Below, in pieces: positions 42,264 through 61,559 of a DNA stretch of 64,000 nt. A program made the translations under genes and the position numbers. The notes under the pieces were generated by a model. It saw nothing but the letters and a program-made list of their open reading frames with translations, was not told where the DNA came from and did no database searches. Numbering within the stretch: position 1 is the stretch's first letter; the number at the start of each line of letters is the position of its first letter. Origin of the DNA: Eledone cirrhosa (taxonomy: Eukaryota); NCBI GenBank assembly GCA_964016885.1, contig CAXHJY010000790.1, forward strand, positions 1 through 64,000, given 5' to 3'.

Positions 42264-43147
42264 CTATTTAGACACTTATATACATGCATATATATAGTGA
42301 TGATGATGATGATAAAATATCATACATATGTGGAATGAGACACATTTACATATAGTCACATTTCTCTATATCGTGTTCCTAAACGACATGATGATGATAT
42401 TGATGATGATGTTGTTGATGAGACATTTTCCTGATGCAGAAGAAAATAAAAATAATAATAAGAAGAACAGAAAAACAACACTAACAATAATAACATGATA
42501 GTGACAATAATAATAACAGCAACAACAACGACAGACAATAATAATAATAACAACAACAACAACAATGACAGACAATAATAATATAAGATCTCTTATGTAA
42601 CATAAAGGTTATTGTTTGGACATTGGCCGGAATATAATGATGAGCTAATGTCCAAACTATGGAGCAAGTATATTACGTGGGAATCCTTCGCTTTAATAAT
42701 ATCCTTGTAGCAGAGTTATGTCTATATATGTATGTATTGCATGGGTGGATAGTATGTGTATGTTCGTGTGCATATATGTATGGATGTATATAGTGTATGT
42801 TTTGTATGGTGTGTGTATGTATGGATGGCGTCATGCACGAATACCGTATATATGAATGTATGTATATATATATGCGTGTGTGTGTGTAATGTATGTATAG
42901 ATGGATTTATTTGTATATATATACATATATATATATACTGACACATTTACGTATATATATAACGATATATATATATATTTATAGACACACATACGCATAT
43001 ATATATATATGTTTATATATATATATATATATATGTATACATACATATATAATTATATATACATATATACACATAATACATATATAACTATATGTATATA
43101 TATCTATATATATATAAATATATATACACATACATACATATATAACT

Positions 43148-43185
<38 letters not shown>

Positions 43186-43203
43186 TTACATACATATATA
43201 ACT

Positions 43204-43256
<53 letters not shown>

Positions 43257-43274
43257 TATATATATATATATATA

Positions 43275-43313
<39 letters not shown>

Positions 43314-44718
43314 CAAATGATTAGGAAGGGGAATGGAGATTGGGGTGGGGAAAACGATGTCGGCTTAGAAGTAGCCGTGGTCAAGGTAAAATGACGTAAG
43401 TGTCGTGATTGTTGAGTGATGATGGAGGTGATGGTGGTGTGGCGTGGTGTGGGTGGGAGGATGGGTGTAGGAGGTTGTTCCGGGTGTCCAATTCTATTGT
43501 TATCTTTGATGTTGTCGGCGTTTCTGATATTTTCCTGATATCCTAAGGTGGAGCTGGGGTAGGGTTGGAATGGAGAAGGGAGGTTCGGCGTTGTAATAGT
43601 GGAGGTAATGGCGGTTATGGTGGTCGTGGTGGTGCTGGTGGTAGTGGTTGTGGGGAGGATTGTTCTTGTATTAGGGACAGTGGTAGAAGCAGTGGTGGTG
43701 GTGGTCGCTTTGCAGCTGTAGTAGTGCTGGTGCTGGTGGTGGTGGTGGTGGTGAAAATAGTTCATGTATTCTGGCCAATGGTGGTGGTGGTGGTGGTTGT
43801 GGAAATGGTAGTACATGTAATAGAGACAGTGGTGGTGGTGGTGGTGGTAGTGGTGGTGGGCAGGGTTGATCATGTATTAGGGGAAGTGTTGGTGATGGTA
43901 GAGAGTGTAGTTGGTGTATTAAAGACAGTGGTGATGGTGGGGTAGCGCTGGTGGAGATGGTATTAGATGTAATAGCAGTGGTGGTGGTAATGGTTGTGGC
44001 GAGGGTAGATGTTGTATTAGAGGAGGAGGTGGTGGTGGTGGTGGAGGTGGCGGTGTTGGTTGTGACGCTGTTGGCTACGATTTATAGTTGAGATGCTACT
44101 GTTGGTGATATGGTGGTTGCAGTGGTGACGGTGGTGTTGGGGTTGATCGTGATCGCGTCAGTGGTGGTGGTGGTTGTGTCACTGGTGTTTACGGTTCTGT
44201 TTGTGGTTACAGTGATGGAGTTGGCGACAATGGTGGTGGTGGTGGTGGAGGTGGTTGTGGCGGCTACGATGATAGTTGACGTGCTGATGGTTGTGGTAGT
44301 GATAATGGTGGGGCTGGTAGTGTCAGTGGTGGTGATGGTGATGATGGTGGTGGTGGTGGTGGTGGTGGTGGTGGTGATGGTGATGGTGGTGGTGATGGGC
44401 CGGGTGGCTACGATTGATGGTTGGGAAAGCTGCTGTTGGTGATGATGTGATGCTTGCAATATGAGCACTGTCAGCCATGTTGGTAAAGCTGATGGTTGAG
44501 GTGGTAATAGCGGAGATGGTTCAGGTGTTGGTGGTGTGGTAGACTCAGTGGTGGCGTGGTGTTGTGGTAGTGTGGTGGTGACAGTGGTGGGGGAGCAGTC
44601 ATAACTTGGATATATTGGAATTGGTCTGTAAAGTGTTAATTCTACCGATTTCAAGACTGAGCGTTATTTCTCAGAGCAGTCGCTCGGTTATTACTACAAC
44701 GGCACTTCTGTACGGACA

Positions 44719-47271
<2,553 letters not shown>

Positions 47272-47353
47272 AGCAGACGCTCAAATTGAAGGAATAATAC
47301 TGAATCCTGAGAGATAGAGTGATAGAGTGATATTGAGATAGATAGATGGATAT

Positions 47354-47666
47354 GTTTCTTTATTTGCCACAGGGGCACAAAAGAAGGGGACAAATACAAA
47401 GGGGGAAGTTTACATACAATAAAAACGTGTAAAATGTTATCACAAATGCAATTTAAAAAATTAGTCGATTTTCCCCCAATAGGGGGAGACAGTTTATATG
47501 GGTAACACATACCCCCGAAAAAATGTGCAACCCTCATCTCCAGGAGTACGAAGAGTTTGTACTCCTTTCCTATCCTCCTCCTTTTCCTCAACCTACAGGC
47601 TGATATAGAGAGAAGGCCCATTCACTCGGGCCATTCTCGCCACTTTCACCCACCTTTCATAAAACC
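47354..47666 (-). mobile_element. 3' fragment of the L1/Tx1-like family in (GATA)n
   Basis: Nearly identical to 4940-5249, with GATA repeats on both sides. Confidence 0.9.
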
Positions 47667-49149
47667 AGATAGATAGATAGATAGATAGATACATAGATAA
47701 AACGAGAAATATAATCAGGATAGGTCCTGGTTTTGCTATATTTTCTCTGGATTATCACAATCTCTTTTATCGCACTTTGTTTTCACACTGGCTTCTGACC
47801 ACCGACACCACCACCACCACCACTTCCTCCACTACTACCTAACTCCCCACCGACACCACCACCACTCCACTACTCCACTTCCCACCACCACTACTCCACT
47901 CCCCACCGACACCACCACCATAACAACAACAACAACCGTTATGCTTATACCTAACCAGTAAGCACCACCACTTTCGCCTTTCACTTCTCTCTCACTTTCT
48001 CCTCCCTTTTTTTCTTTTTTCCTTCACTTATTATTTTTTTCATTCTTTTTTTATTTTTCTTCTCTTTCTTCTTCTTCTTCTTGTTCGTTCTTCTTGTTCG
48101 TTCTTCTTGTTCTTCTTCTTGTTCGTTCTTCTTCTTCTTTCTCTTCTACTTTTTCCTGCATTGTCCTCCTCTCCACCACAACGCCACCATCATCCTCACT
48201 ACCAACACCATCACTAACACAATCACACTCCGCCACAACAACTGCCATGACCACAACCACCACCGTCCTCGCCACCACCATTACTACTTTCCACATATTA
48301 GTCTCACTCTGTTTGTGTTACGAGTTTTTATTGCACTAATGGGAGACACGTAAAAGGGAGTCATCCCTCTCTCTCCCTTTCTTCTCGGTCTCTATCCCTC
48401 TCTCTCTCTCCATATCACCCTTTCTCTCTCTCTTTCTCACCCTCTCTGTCCTCACTGTCTATTCCTCTCTCTCTCTCTCTTCCTGTCTCTCACTCCTCTC
48501 AATCCCTCTCCTCCCTCTATCTACCCCTCACTCGCTATCTATCTATCCTTTGCTATCTATCTACCCCCCCCCCCCTCTCTATCTCTCCCCTCTCTCTGTA
48601 TTTCTCTCTCTCCTTCTCTCTCTCTTCTCTCCTCTCCCACTGTCTCTATCTCTCCCACTCTCTCCCCCTCTTACTCTTTCCCCCTCTCTTTCTCTCTCTC
48701 TACCCTTTCTCTCTACCTCTCCACATCCTTTCTCTCTCTCTCTCTCTACCCCCTCTCGCTCTCCCTCTCTCTCTCGCTCTCTCTATCTCTCTCTATATAT
48801 ATATACCCCCCTCTCTTGCTGCTGCTGCTACTACTACTGCTTGGGAAATCAACTTAATTCGCATAATACATATTGCAACAAGAGACTCTCGCTGTGGCTG
48901 AGACACAAAAACCCAAAATGGCGTACCATTTTTACAAACAAAAATATCATTTTGTCACGTTACAATGGGCACCTTGTAGTTTTACCGCCATTTTGTTTTT
49001 AGTTTTTTTTTTCATATTGTGTTATTGTTTGTTCGTTTGTGTTGTTATTCCTATTATCGTTCGTTGTTGTTGTTGTTGTTTCTTTCTCCCTTTTTTTCTC
49101 CTTTTTTTCTTTTCTTTCCTTCTTAACCCCGGGTTACAATGTTACAATG

Positions 49150-50310
49150 ATGTCGTTTGTTGCCGCTGTTGTCCTTTTTGTTGTTGTTGTTGTCGTTGTT
49201 GTCGTTGGTGGTGGTGGTGGTGGTGGTGGTGGTGGTGTTGTTGTTGTTGTTGTTGTCGTAGTTGTAATTGTTGTTATTGTTGTGGTGGTTGTTGAGATTA
49301 TGGTTGTCGTTGTGGTGGTTGTTGAGATTATGGTTGTCGTTGTGGTGGTTGTTGTGGTAGTTGGTTGAAGTTGGCGTTGTTGTCGTCGTCGTCGTTGTTG
49401 TTGTTGTTATTGTTGTATTGGTTGTTGACGTTGTTGTTGGTGTTGTGGTAGTTGTAATTGTTGTTATTGTTGTAGTGGTTGTTGAGATTATGGTTGTCGT
49501 TGTGGTGGTTGTTGTGGCGTCGTTGGTTGAAGTTGGCGTCGTTGTTGTTGTCGCCGTTGTTGTCGTCATTGTTGTTGTTGCCTTTGTTGTTCTCGTTGTT
49601 GTTGTTGTCGTTGTGGCTAGTTATCGTCGCTATTGTTGTTAAAGTTGTCGTTATTGTTGTGGTGGTCGGCGGCGATGTTCTTGATATTGTTGTCATTGTT
49701 GTTGTGGGGGTGGTTATTATAGATGTTGTTGTCGTTGTATAATCATCGTCGTTTTTCTTGTGGTTGTTGTTGTTGCTAATGTTGGAGTTATTGTTGTTAT
49801 TGCTATTGTTGTTGTTGTCGTTGCTAATGTTGGAGTTATTGTTGTTATTGCTGCTGCTGTTGTGTTTGTTGTTGTTGTTGTTGCTCATGTTGGAGTTATT
49901 GTTGTTATTGCTATTGTTGTTGTTGTTGTTGCTAATGTTGGAGTTATTGTTGTTATTGCTGCTGCTGTTGTTGTTGTTGTTGTTGTTGCTCATGTTGGAG
50001 TTATTGTTGTTATTGCTGTTGTTGTTGTTGTTGGAGTTATTGTTGTTATGGCTGTTGTTGCTAATGTTGAAGTTAGTGTTGTTGTTGTTGTTGCTAATGT
50101 TGGAGTTATTGTTGTTATTGCTGTAGTTGTTGTTGTTGTTGTTGCTAATGTTGGAGTTATTGTTGTTATTGCTATTGTTGTTGTTGTTGCTAATGTTGGA
50201 GTTATTGTTGTTATTGCTGCTGTTGTTGTTGTGGTTGTTGTTGTTGCTGCTAATGTTGGAGTTAGTATTGTTATTGCTGTTGTTGTTGTTGGTGTTGTTG
50301 TTGTTGTTGC
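49150..50310. repeat. (GTT)n-based minisatellite with ctaatgttggagtt motif
   Basis: Direct reading. Confidence 0.9.
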
Positions 50311-50733
50311 CCTTTCGGCACTCGTTTCTTCGTTCCTCTTAACTTTTATTCCTGACATCTATGACTGAGAGCAGAACATTCTCCTCCACCACCAACACAA
50401 CCACCAACACTACCACCAACACAACCACCAACACAACCACCAACACTACCACCAACACTACCACCAACACAACCACAACTAGAACTACTGTAACCACCAC
50501 TACTAAAACCACCAACAACAACTATCAAAACTTGAACCATTACCAACAAGAAAACCACAACTAGAACCGAAACCACCAACACTACCACCAACACTACCAC
50601 CACCACAACCAGCACCACAACTATCACAACTACCACCACCTCCACCTCTCTCCTATTACACGATTCCGTCCCATTACCTTTCACTAACTGTACAACTGAC
50701 ACTCATTACTATGGTAACTATTAGACACAAACA

Positions 50734-50831
<98 letters not shown>

Positions 50832-50986
50832 ACTATCTATATATATATATGTGGTGAGTGTTATATAATAGATATACATATACACACACACATATATGAA
50901 TATATATATATATATATATACACATATATATATATCTGTACATATAGATATGTACATACATATATATATACATAGACACACATGTG

Positions 50987-51017
<31 letters not shown>

Positions 51018-51077
51018 CATATATAATGTGTGTGTGTGTTTGTGTTTACATATATATATGTACATACACACACACGC

Positions 51078-51118
<41 letters not shown>

Positions 51119-51143
51119 AACATATATGTACATACATATATAT

Positions 51144-51176
<33 letters not shown>

Positions 51177-51220
51177 CATACATACAAATATACACATACA
51201 TGCATACACACAAACACATG

Positions 51221-51269
<49 letters not shown>

Positions 51270-51275
51270 ATACAC

Positions 51276-51321
<46 letters not shown>

Positions 51322-52276
51322 ATACACATATATATATATATGTATATATATATTTATATATATATATACACATATATATATATATATACGCCTCGTCTCT
51401 TCCATATAACGTTTTTATCTATATATTTTTTTATAGCATTCCCTTTCTCTATATTTGCCAGAGTATCTCTCTACCTCTCTTCCTCTAATATGGTAATGTG
51501 CTTTATGACGTCAAAGGTTACGTCACGTATGAATGGGAACCCCATTGCTGGTCCTACAGTAAGTGGTCAGGTTTGGGGTCAATGTTTAAACCCACAAGAG
51601 CCTCTTATAATCCCTATCTAGATCTATCTATTTGTGTGAAGCCCTTATGACATGAACAAAATAACCATCAATATTATTATAGTTATTAGTAGTGGCAGCA
51701 GTAGTGGTAGTAGTAGTGGTGGTGGTGGTGGTGGTGGTAGTAGTAGTGGTGGTAGTAGTAGTTTTAGCAGTAGTAATGGGGGGGTAGTAGCAGCAATAGT
51801 AGCAGTAGTAGTAGTAGTAGTGGGGGTAGTAGTAATAGTAGCAGTAGTGGTGGTGGTAGTAGTAACAGCAGTAGTAGCAGTGGTAGTAGTAGTGGTAGTG
51901 GTAGTCGTAGCAGTAATAGTAGCAGTAGCAGTAGTAGCGGTAGTATTAGTAGTAGCTGCAGTAGTAATAGTAGGTGGTAGATTGGCAGTAGCGGAAATGT
52001 GTCAGACATGCTTTGCAGCATAGAGTTACGGCCCTTTACGTATAGCAGTGTTGTGGCTGAATATATATATATATATATATATATTTAAAAATAAAAGGAA
52101 AGTACAAACTAGAGACATGTCCCATCTTCAGTTGTTTGCTGGGGGACAGTCATTTCTTTAATGCGTTGAAATGGCCCAGACTTCCAGCAGACAACTGACG
52201 ACGGGACATGTCTCTAGTTTGTGCTTTCCTTTTGTTTCTAAATACACTTTATCAAGTAACCACGCAGCTCCTTGTT

Positions 52277-52346
<70 letters not shown>

Positions 52347-52453
52347 ATATTTTTGCAAGAGATGTCAACATGAATGGACCTATTATTTTTATCTAAAGAC
52401 ATTTTTTTTTCCAATTCCATCTCGCCCTTTAATCTATTTTATTTCTCTTTCTT

Positions 52454-52489
52454 TCTTCTGATGAAGGACTAGCGTCCGAAATGTAAAGA
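52454..52489 (+). ncRNA. Minimal type I hammerhead ribozyme
   Basis: tctt CTGATGA a ggac tagc gtcc GAAA tg TA aaga. Confidence 0.6.
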
Positions 52490-52629
52490 CCCTCTTCCTG
52501 CTATATCAAGCGTTAACCTAATATATACCTTCAATATACTGTACCGATTGTGTTGTTATTTCTGTTTACCTTTTACATATATGTATATATATATGTATAT
52601 ATATATATATGTATATATATATGTATATA

Positions 52630-52740
<111 letters not shown>

Positions 52741-52939
52741 CACAGTATCACTCTCTCCAAACGGTTTAATTTAAATATACCGTTATTTAAACCTTTCGGA
52801 CACCCATTTGGATACTTAATGATAACCTTATATCACCCTCAATAAATCTAATAACTCCACTATCCAGGAAGCTCCAACCGTTAAGCTTGTCTTTTTTTCA
52901 GGGTATGTCAATATTTATTTATAAAACTAATCTGTATTG

Positions 52940-53005
52940 TATTTTATCTGATGAAAGCGCACCATAATTTGCCTTGGTGGCCCTTGAAATATGTATAATA
53001 AAATA
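52940..53005 (+). ncRNA. Type I hammerhead ribozyme
   Basis: tattttat CTGATGA aagcgcacca...tggtggccctt GAAA tatgta TA ataaaata. Confidence 0.75.
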
Positions 53006-53047
53006 AATATGCTTTTATAAATATAGTTTCCATTTGTTAATATATTG

Positions 53048-53102
<55 letters not shown>

Positions 53103-54226
53103 TAATTATTGTGTTAGCAATAATTAGAAGCGAGCTCTTCTTACATATTGCAGTACTAATTATATACGCTAGTGATTGTGGTAATTACTGTCAGTGGGTT
53201 GTATTGATGATATGGTGGTGGTGGTGGTGGAGGTAGTATTTGTGGTGGTGGTGGTGGTAGTTGTAGTGGTTGTCTCGATGTGGAGATCCTTATAGTATTC
53301 ATGTTTGTAGTGCTGGTGGTGCTGGTTTTAATTATACAGGTGATGGTCGTGATCATGTTGATATTCGTGGCCGTGGTGATAAAGATGGCGTGGGTAGCTG
53401 TGGTAATGAGCTTGGCAGAGATGATGATATTACTGATACTACTGCTACTAGTGCTACTACTACTATTACTGCTGCTGCTACAGTTACTACTGCTAGTACT
53501 ACCACGACCTACTACTACTGCCACTTCTACTGCTACGGTTGCTGCTACTACTACTACTACCACTACTACTACTATGACTACTACTACTAAGACTGTTACC
53601 ACTACGGCTACTACTACTACTGCTACTACTACTACGACTACTACTACTGCTACTACTACTACGACTACTACTACGACTACTACTACTACTGCTGCTACTG
53701 CTACGGTTACTACTGCTAGTACTACCACGACTACTACTACCTCTACCACTGTTACTACTACTACTACTATGACTACTACCACTACTTCTAAGACTATTAC
53801 CCCTACTACTGCTACTACTAGTACTAGTACTACTACTACTACCAAAGGTTTGTGTTGATTGTAGTGGTCACCACTATCTTGTTATTATCATTACTGATTG
53901 CGGGGCGTTGATAAAAGAAAACAACGTTGGGGATGGCAGCCATATGATGGTGCATTGTAAAGCTAGGGAAATGTTAAGTGATGTGTAACATTAAGATAAT
54001 ATGGAATAACGATACAGCCAAGATGAAATACCCATTACTAATTGAAAAAACAGAATTATCAAACCCATAAATGGATTGAAGATTGCTTCCCATTATACGA
54101 TCAAATTACAGATAAGATTGCATTGCTTCCTGGGTAAGGTGGGTAGGTAGGTAGGTCGGTGTGTGGGTGTAAGTAGCAGTGTGTATGTATATATGTACAT
54201 ATGTATATGTTGTTTGTGTGTGTGGG

Positions 54227-54262
<36 letters not shown>

Positions 54263-54316
54263 CCCACATTATTATATACACACACACACCTCACATATTT
54301 ATATACACACACACAC

Positions 54317-54356
<40 letters not shown>

Positions 54357-54539
54357 CATGCACAAACATATTTATAAGTACGGATTCACAAACACTATAT
54401 ATATATATATTTATATATACATCTATATATGTATACATATATATATATAGGTATGTATATATAAATATCCACATATATATATACATACATTGATTCAGAA
54501 ACACTATATATATATATATATAGTGTTTCTGAATCAATG

Positions 54540-54584
<45 letters not shown>

Positions 54585-54596
54585 AGATATTTATAT

Positions 54597-54642
<46 letters not shown>

Positions 54643-54661
54643 GTTCGAACGTGTATGTATG

Positions 54662-54692
<31 letters not shown>

Positions 54693-54959
54693 GGAGGATG
54701 CGTACATATGGGAGTATGTCTGTGTGTCGGCATAATAATAAAATCTATTGACTGAGACATCATATATAACTTGCATCTCCATATGGTCGTGTATGTATGT
54801 ATATGTGTGTATATGTATGTATATATGTATGTATATGTGTATATATATGTGTGTGAGAGAGAGAGTGGAGTTGATACAAGTGTTCTTGAATAGCTGTATA
54901 ATCACATTTGTATAATTGTATCAATATATCTAAATAAATAAATTAATGACTCTCCATAC

Positions 54960-56500
<1,541 letters not shown>

Positions 56501-57011
56501 ACTTACTCAGATATATGATAGAAAGAAACTAAAAAGGTATGAGGAGAGGATGGGAAGAAGGTGGGGACTGAAGATGTCTTTATCAGGGGAGACAATCGTT
56601 AAAGAAGACAAGAAAACAAACACAACAGACAACACAACAAAAATTAATCCTTCCTTGTTTGGTTGTTATTATTTTATATGATATGAAATTATGGTCAAAT
56701 GTTTTGATGCTAACGGCCACCAACCAACGATGATTGGCGGCAAAACTGATTAGACAAGATCGATATGCAATCAACACTGATTAAATCTATTATATTCAAC
56801 GAAGCTTTGTTTATTTTCTTTCTTTTTTGTTGTTGATTTTTTAGTTTTGTTTTTTTTTTGGTTTTTGTCTCGTGTTTTTGCTTTCTTAAATTATTATCTC
56901 TCTATTTCCTTTATTTTGTTTCTTCTTTTCTTTCTTCTCTCGTTCTTCTCATGTTTTGCTCTCCTTCTTAATTTCCTTTATCATTTCATTTGATGTGTTA
57001 TATATATACAT

Positions 57012-57050
<39 letters not shown>

Positions 57051-57168
57051 TACATGTATATATGTGTGTGTTTTTTGGTGTATGTGTATATATACGTATA
57101 TGATTGTTTGTGTGTGTATATATATATATACGTACATACATGTATGTATATAGACATATTTGGTTTGT

Positions 57169-57205
<37 letters not shown>

Positions 57206-58148
57206 CTTGTATGTATACATACGTATGTATATAGATATGTTTGTGTGAGAGTGTTTTTGTGTATATGTTTGTATTTTTTATCATTAATATTTCGGTATGT
57301 TTTGTCCTTTATCTATTTCAGGAATGTTTTGCTGATTTCTTTGTTTATCTTGAATTTAGTTTTGGTTTGTGTTTGGAAATGCTGCCTTGTTTTGTTCGTT
57401 GGTGGAGCTGGTGGTTGGTTGGGGTGTGTAGGTAAGGTGGGTTAGTAGGGGTGATAGAGAACATATGTGGTATATATATATATTTATTTATATATATATT
57501 TATATATATATATATTTTGGGGGGCTTGTTTTTGTTTATCTATAAAGTGAGGGATTGGCAGAATCTTAGAATGTCTTTTGAAATATCTCGGTGTTTTTGT
57601 TTTCTTCTTCTGGAAGTCTCCACTTTCTGGGTTCAAACCCTACCAATGTTGTTTTCGCCTTCTTAATCTTTAGAAGCTCTTTAATTGAAGTACCAACGCA
57701 CAGACACAAGTCCGGATTTTATGGGGAAAAAATAGGCAATTACCCCGTTCCCCTCGCGTGGGGGTAGTGCCCCACGAGTGACGGCCGTAACAATTTATTT
57801 GTGCCCTCAGGGGTTTTTAGTTTTTGGATTGTTATAATTTTTTTATTTAATACCTGTATGTATAACTTTTAAATTCCAATTAATTGCGCCAAGCTAACTT
57901 TGATATGTAAAATTGGTGAGGTTTGCTGTGTATTCTAATTTTTGTTGTATGAGGAGCCAGTCAAACCTGAGGTGCCCTCCTGGGCCGTCAAATGTGTAAA
58001 TCAACTCAACCTTGGACAAACACCCACCCAACCACACACAAACGCACATCTAAAGTCTCTTTCGAGCCTGGAATCTCATCAAACCGGTGCTAGTCTCGCT
58101 TTCCGTGACATGAAGTGACTAGGAGTCCCAGGTTCCCGGTTAAATAGG

Positions 58149-58190
<42 letters not shown>

Positions 58191-58284
58191 CAGTTCACAC
58201 CTATGCAGATCTAGCTGGCCTCCTCCATGGTATATCTCGTTGGAGGTGTCTTGGGTAATTTAATGATAGGGACCCCAGTCCCTA

Positions 58285-58432
58285 TCATCTCATTTCTACA
58301 GCTGAGTAAACTGGCGCAATGTGAAATAAAGTATCTTGCTCAAGGAAACAACACATCACCTGGTCCGAGAATTGAACTCACAACCTTTCGATTACAAGCC
58401 CAATGCTCTAACTACTAAGCCATGCGCCTTCA
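58285..58432 (-). mobile_element. SINE family B
   Basis: Reverse complement homologous to 27769-27885; a further copy lies at 58960-59075. Confidence 0.75.
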
Positions 58433-58674
58433 CAAATAGGATGCCTGTCTCGAGTCCGGTAGCTCATCACACAGATTCGAAACAGCTGTATAGGTGTAAT
58501 TTGGTATACAAAGTAATGTACATAACATTTATTTGATATTCTAATAAATTTTGTACCTTGTCTTTCGTATTGCAATATCTCCAAAATAGATGACTGAATA
58601 CCTATGTGGTTTTTTTTTCCATTCCTCCTCATTTTTTTCCGCATTACTGCCTCTTATCACTTTTTATCTTTCTA

Positions 58675-58710
58675 TCTTCTGATGAAGGGCTAGTGTCCGA
58701 AAGGTTAAAA
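58675..58710 (+). ncRNA. Degenerate minimal hammerhead (same family as 52454)
   Basis: tctt CTGATGA a gggc tagt gtcc GAAA gg TT aaaa. Stems I and III are decayed; downstream flank is homologous to 52490-52575. Confidence 0.45.
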
Positions 58711-59489
58711 CTCTTTTCCTGCTATTTCAAGCGTTAAACTAATATATTTCTTTAATGTAGTGTGAGTCTGTTTTGCTATTTCTGTTGACCTTACATATAT
58801 ATATATGTGTGTGTGTGTGTGTGCGCATATATTTATATATATATTAGAGTGGCTCTTATTTTTCAACTTTCTAAAAGTTTAGCTCCCACACCCCTATCTT
58901 GTTCCAATTAACAAAACCCCAAAGGCAATGACCAATACCTGTTTCACACCAGTGACATCGCAACCCATTTCTACAGCTCTGAATTGGAGCAACGTGAAAT
59001 AAAGTGTCTTGCTCAAGGACACAGCGCAGCACCCGGTCCAAGAATCGAACTCACAACCTCTCCACTAAACCACATTATATAAGAATGAATCTTTAAAATA
59101 TCATTGTACTTCAAACTTTAGAACATTCACTGAATAATCTCTTAATTCTTTTTATTTTTATTTTTCTTCTTTTTCTTCTTTCTTTTTCTTCTCTATCTTT
59201 TTCCTTTTTCTTCTTCTTTTTCTTCTTCTTTTTCTTCTTCTTTTTCTTCTTCTTTTTCTTCTTCTTTTTCTTCTCTTTCTTTTTTTCTTCTCCTTTTTCT
59301 TCTTCGTCTTTCGCCCTTTTCTTCTTCGTCTTTCGCCTTTTTCTTCTTTTCCGCCTTCTTCTTCTTTTCCGCCTTCTTCTCTTTCTGCCTTCTTCTTCTA
59401 ACAGACATGTCAACAGATTATCAGCTGTGTTTAATCCGATAATGGATAGTAATATTTAATCATGTTTTGCTTGAAATATTATCGACAGA

Positions 59490-60035
59490 GCGTCAGACGC
59501 CATAGAGTTATGACCCTTTACGTTCTGAGTTCAAATCCCGCCGAGGTTAGCTTTGCCATTCACCGTTACGGAGTCGGTAAAATAAAGCACCAGTAATGCC
59601 CTGGGGTAATTACTGACCTTGTACCAAAAGTAGAAACAATTATTATACAGCATAAAGTTATGTCTCTTTACGTTCTGTGTTCAAATCCCGTCGAGGTTCA
59701 CTTTGCCTTTCATCCTTACGGGGTCGATAAAATAAAGTACCAGTAATGTACTGGGTAATTGTTGGCTTTGTGCCAAAAGTAGAAACAATTATATATTATT
59801 TTTTAAATAACCCTAACCCTTTCATTCTTACGGGGGTCGATTAAATAAGGTACCAGTAATACACTGGGTTAATTGCCGACCTTGTGCCAAAAGTAGAAAC
59901 AATTATATATTATTATTTTTTAAATAACCCTAACCCTTTAATGTTTACATGGTCGATAAAATAAAATACCAATAATACACTGGGGTAATTGCTAGCCTTG
60001 TGCCAAAAGTAGAAACAAAGTAGAAACAATTATTA
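59490..60035 (+). repeat. Four tandem partial copies of SINE family A
   Basis: Repeated gtcg.taaaata.agtaccagtaat.cactggg.taattg...ccttgtgccaaaagtagaaacaatta units. Confidence 0.8.
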
Positions 60036-60526
60036 TCGTTGTCGTTGTAGTTATTGTTGCTGTCACTATTATTTATTATTATTATTTGTATTAATTTTTA
60101 GGCAAACATCTTCTCTATCCGCCATGATCACACTCGCAACTATCAAAGAAAAAGAAAAAAATATGTTTTAATAAGCTGCCAAAAAAACCTGAGAGATCTA
60201 CATGGTGTGCATATATGTTTGTAAGAGACATCTCGACCTTCTACTGACCAAAATCCCGGATGTTTTCAAGAGACATCTCGACATTCTACTGACCTAAGAT
60301 CTCAGAAGTTTTCAAGAGACATCAAGATATTCTACTGACCAAAATCCCAGATGAACCCACCATATATATATATATATATATATATATTAATAATAATAAT
60401 AAATGTGAAGACTAAAATCCGAGAGGGCTCTATAAGGATAATATATATAAATATATATAAAACCGTTAGTGTGAGAAGATCCCATTAAGGGTGAAAGCAC
60501 CGATTATTTGCTTAAACTTTAATCTG

Positions 60527-60598
<72 letters not shown>

Positions 60599-61190
60599 GC
60601 GGTGCCCCAGCATGGCCTCAGCCGGATGGCTGGAAGAGGTAAAAGAGTAAAATATATAGACATAAAGGAAAAAATATATACACCGAACACATACAATGCA
60701 AAGAAAATGGCGCAACACAACTTCTAAATGCCGCCAAAAAAAGACACATTCTGTAAGCGTCATTAAACTTTACATTTCTCATGTGACGTAACATTTTTTT
60801 TGCAATACAATGGACAAGAACATTTTCTAGGGGTCTTATCTGGACCCCTTACCTACCTTCTACGAAACACAGACGACACATTATGGAAGGGATAAAGGTA
60901 CGTGGCCCATTTCATCTTTATTCTGTCTAACATACATAACATATTTATGTTTTTGGTTGTATAAATGCATGCGGATTGTCTTCTTTTTTACAGCGGTTGA
61001 TGCGGTTTCATGCGAAATAGTGCGTTGACATTTTTACGGCTTTTTTTATAATAATTTTTTTTTTAAATCTTTGCATGTTCAAAATCTCACACTTTAAAAC
61101 AGTGTATGGTGCAGACGCACTATATGTATACATACATACACACACGTACATACACATATATACATAAATAAATATATATATGTATATAAT

Positions 61191-61245
61191 TATGCATCTG
61201 ATGAGCGCATACCAAAGTTTTGGTACCCTTGAAATGTATAGAAAA
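61191..61245 (+). ncRNA. Degenerate hammerhead
   Basis: CTGATGA gcgcataccaaagttttggtaccctt GAAA tgta TA. The 3' strand of stem I is missing; downstream gtcgagtgcttt matches 11588-11599. Confidence 0.4.
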
Positions 61246-61306
61246 GCTGTCGAGTGCTTTGAATCAGTAATCAGTTACCAAATTGAATATCCCTTTTGCT
61301 TATATA

Positions 61307-61344
<38 letters not shown>

Positions 61345-61507
61345 GAACAATTGAACAGGGACAGAACAGAGAGGCAGTACGATAAATGTTTATTAAATTC
61401 ACACTCAGGAGAGTGGGGGGTAGGTGGGGACGACCTACATAAGCCCTTCTTCAGGTGAGAAGTGTGTGGGAACAGAGTTCAAAAGGTGTGTAGGGGAGTG
61501 GTAGAGA

Positions 61508-61559
<52 letters not shown>

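Noticed and set aside
43088-44654. His/Thr/Pro-rich ORFs resembling a mucin
   Set aside because: Degenerate (GGT)n sequence with a recurring catgtattag-like motif; frames are interrupted and no motif is recognisable.
48915-48996. YY1-like aaaatggcg/ccgccatttt motifs (also near 37214 and 40387)
   Set aside because: Short motifs without independent promoter evidence.
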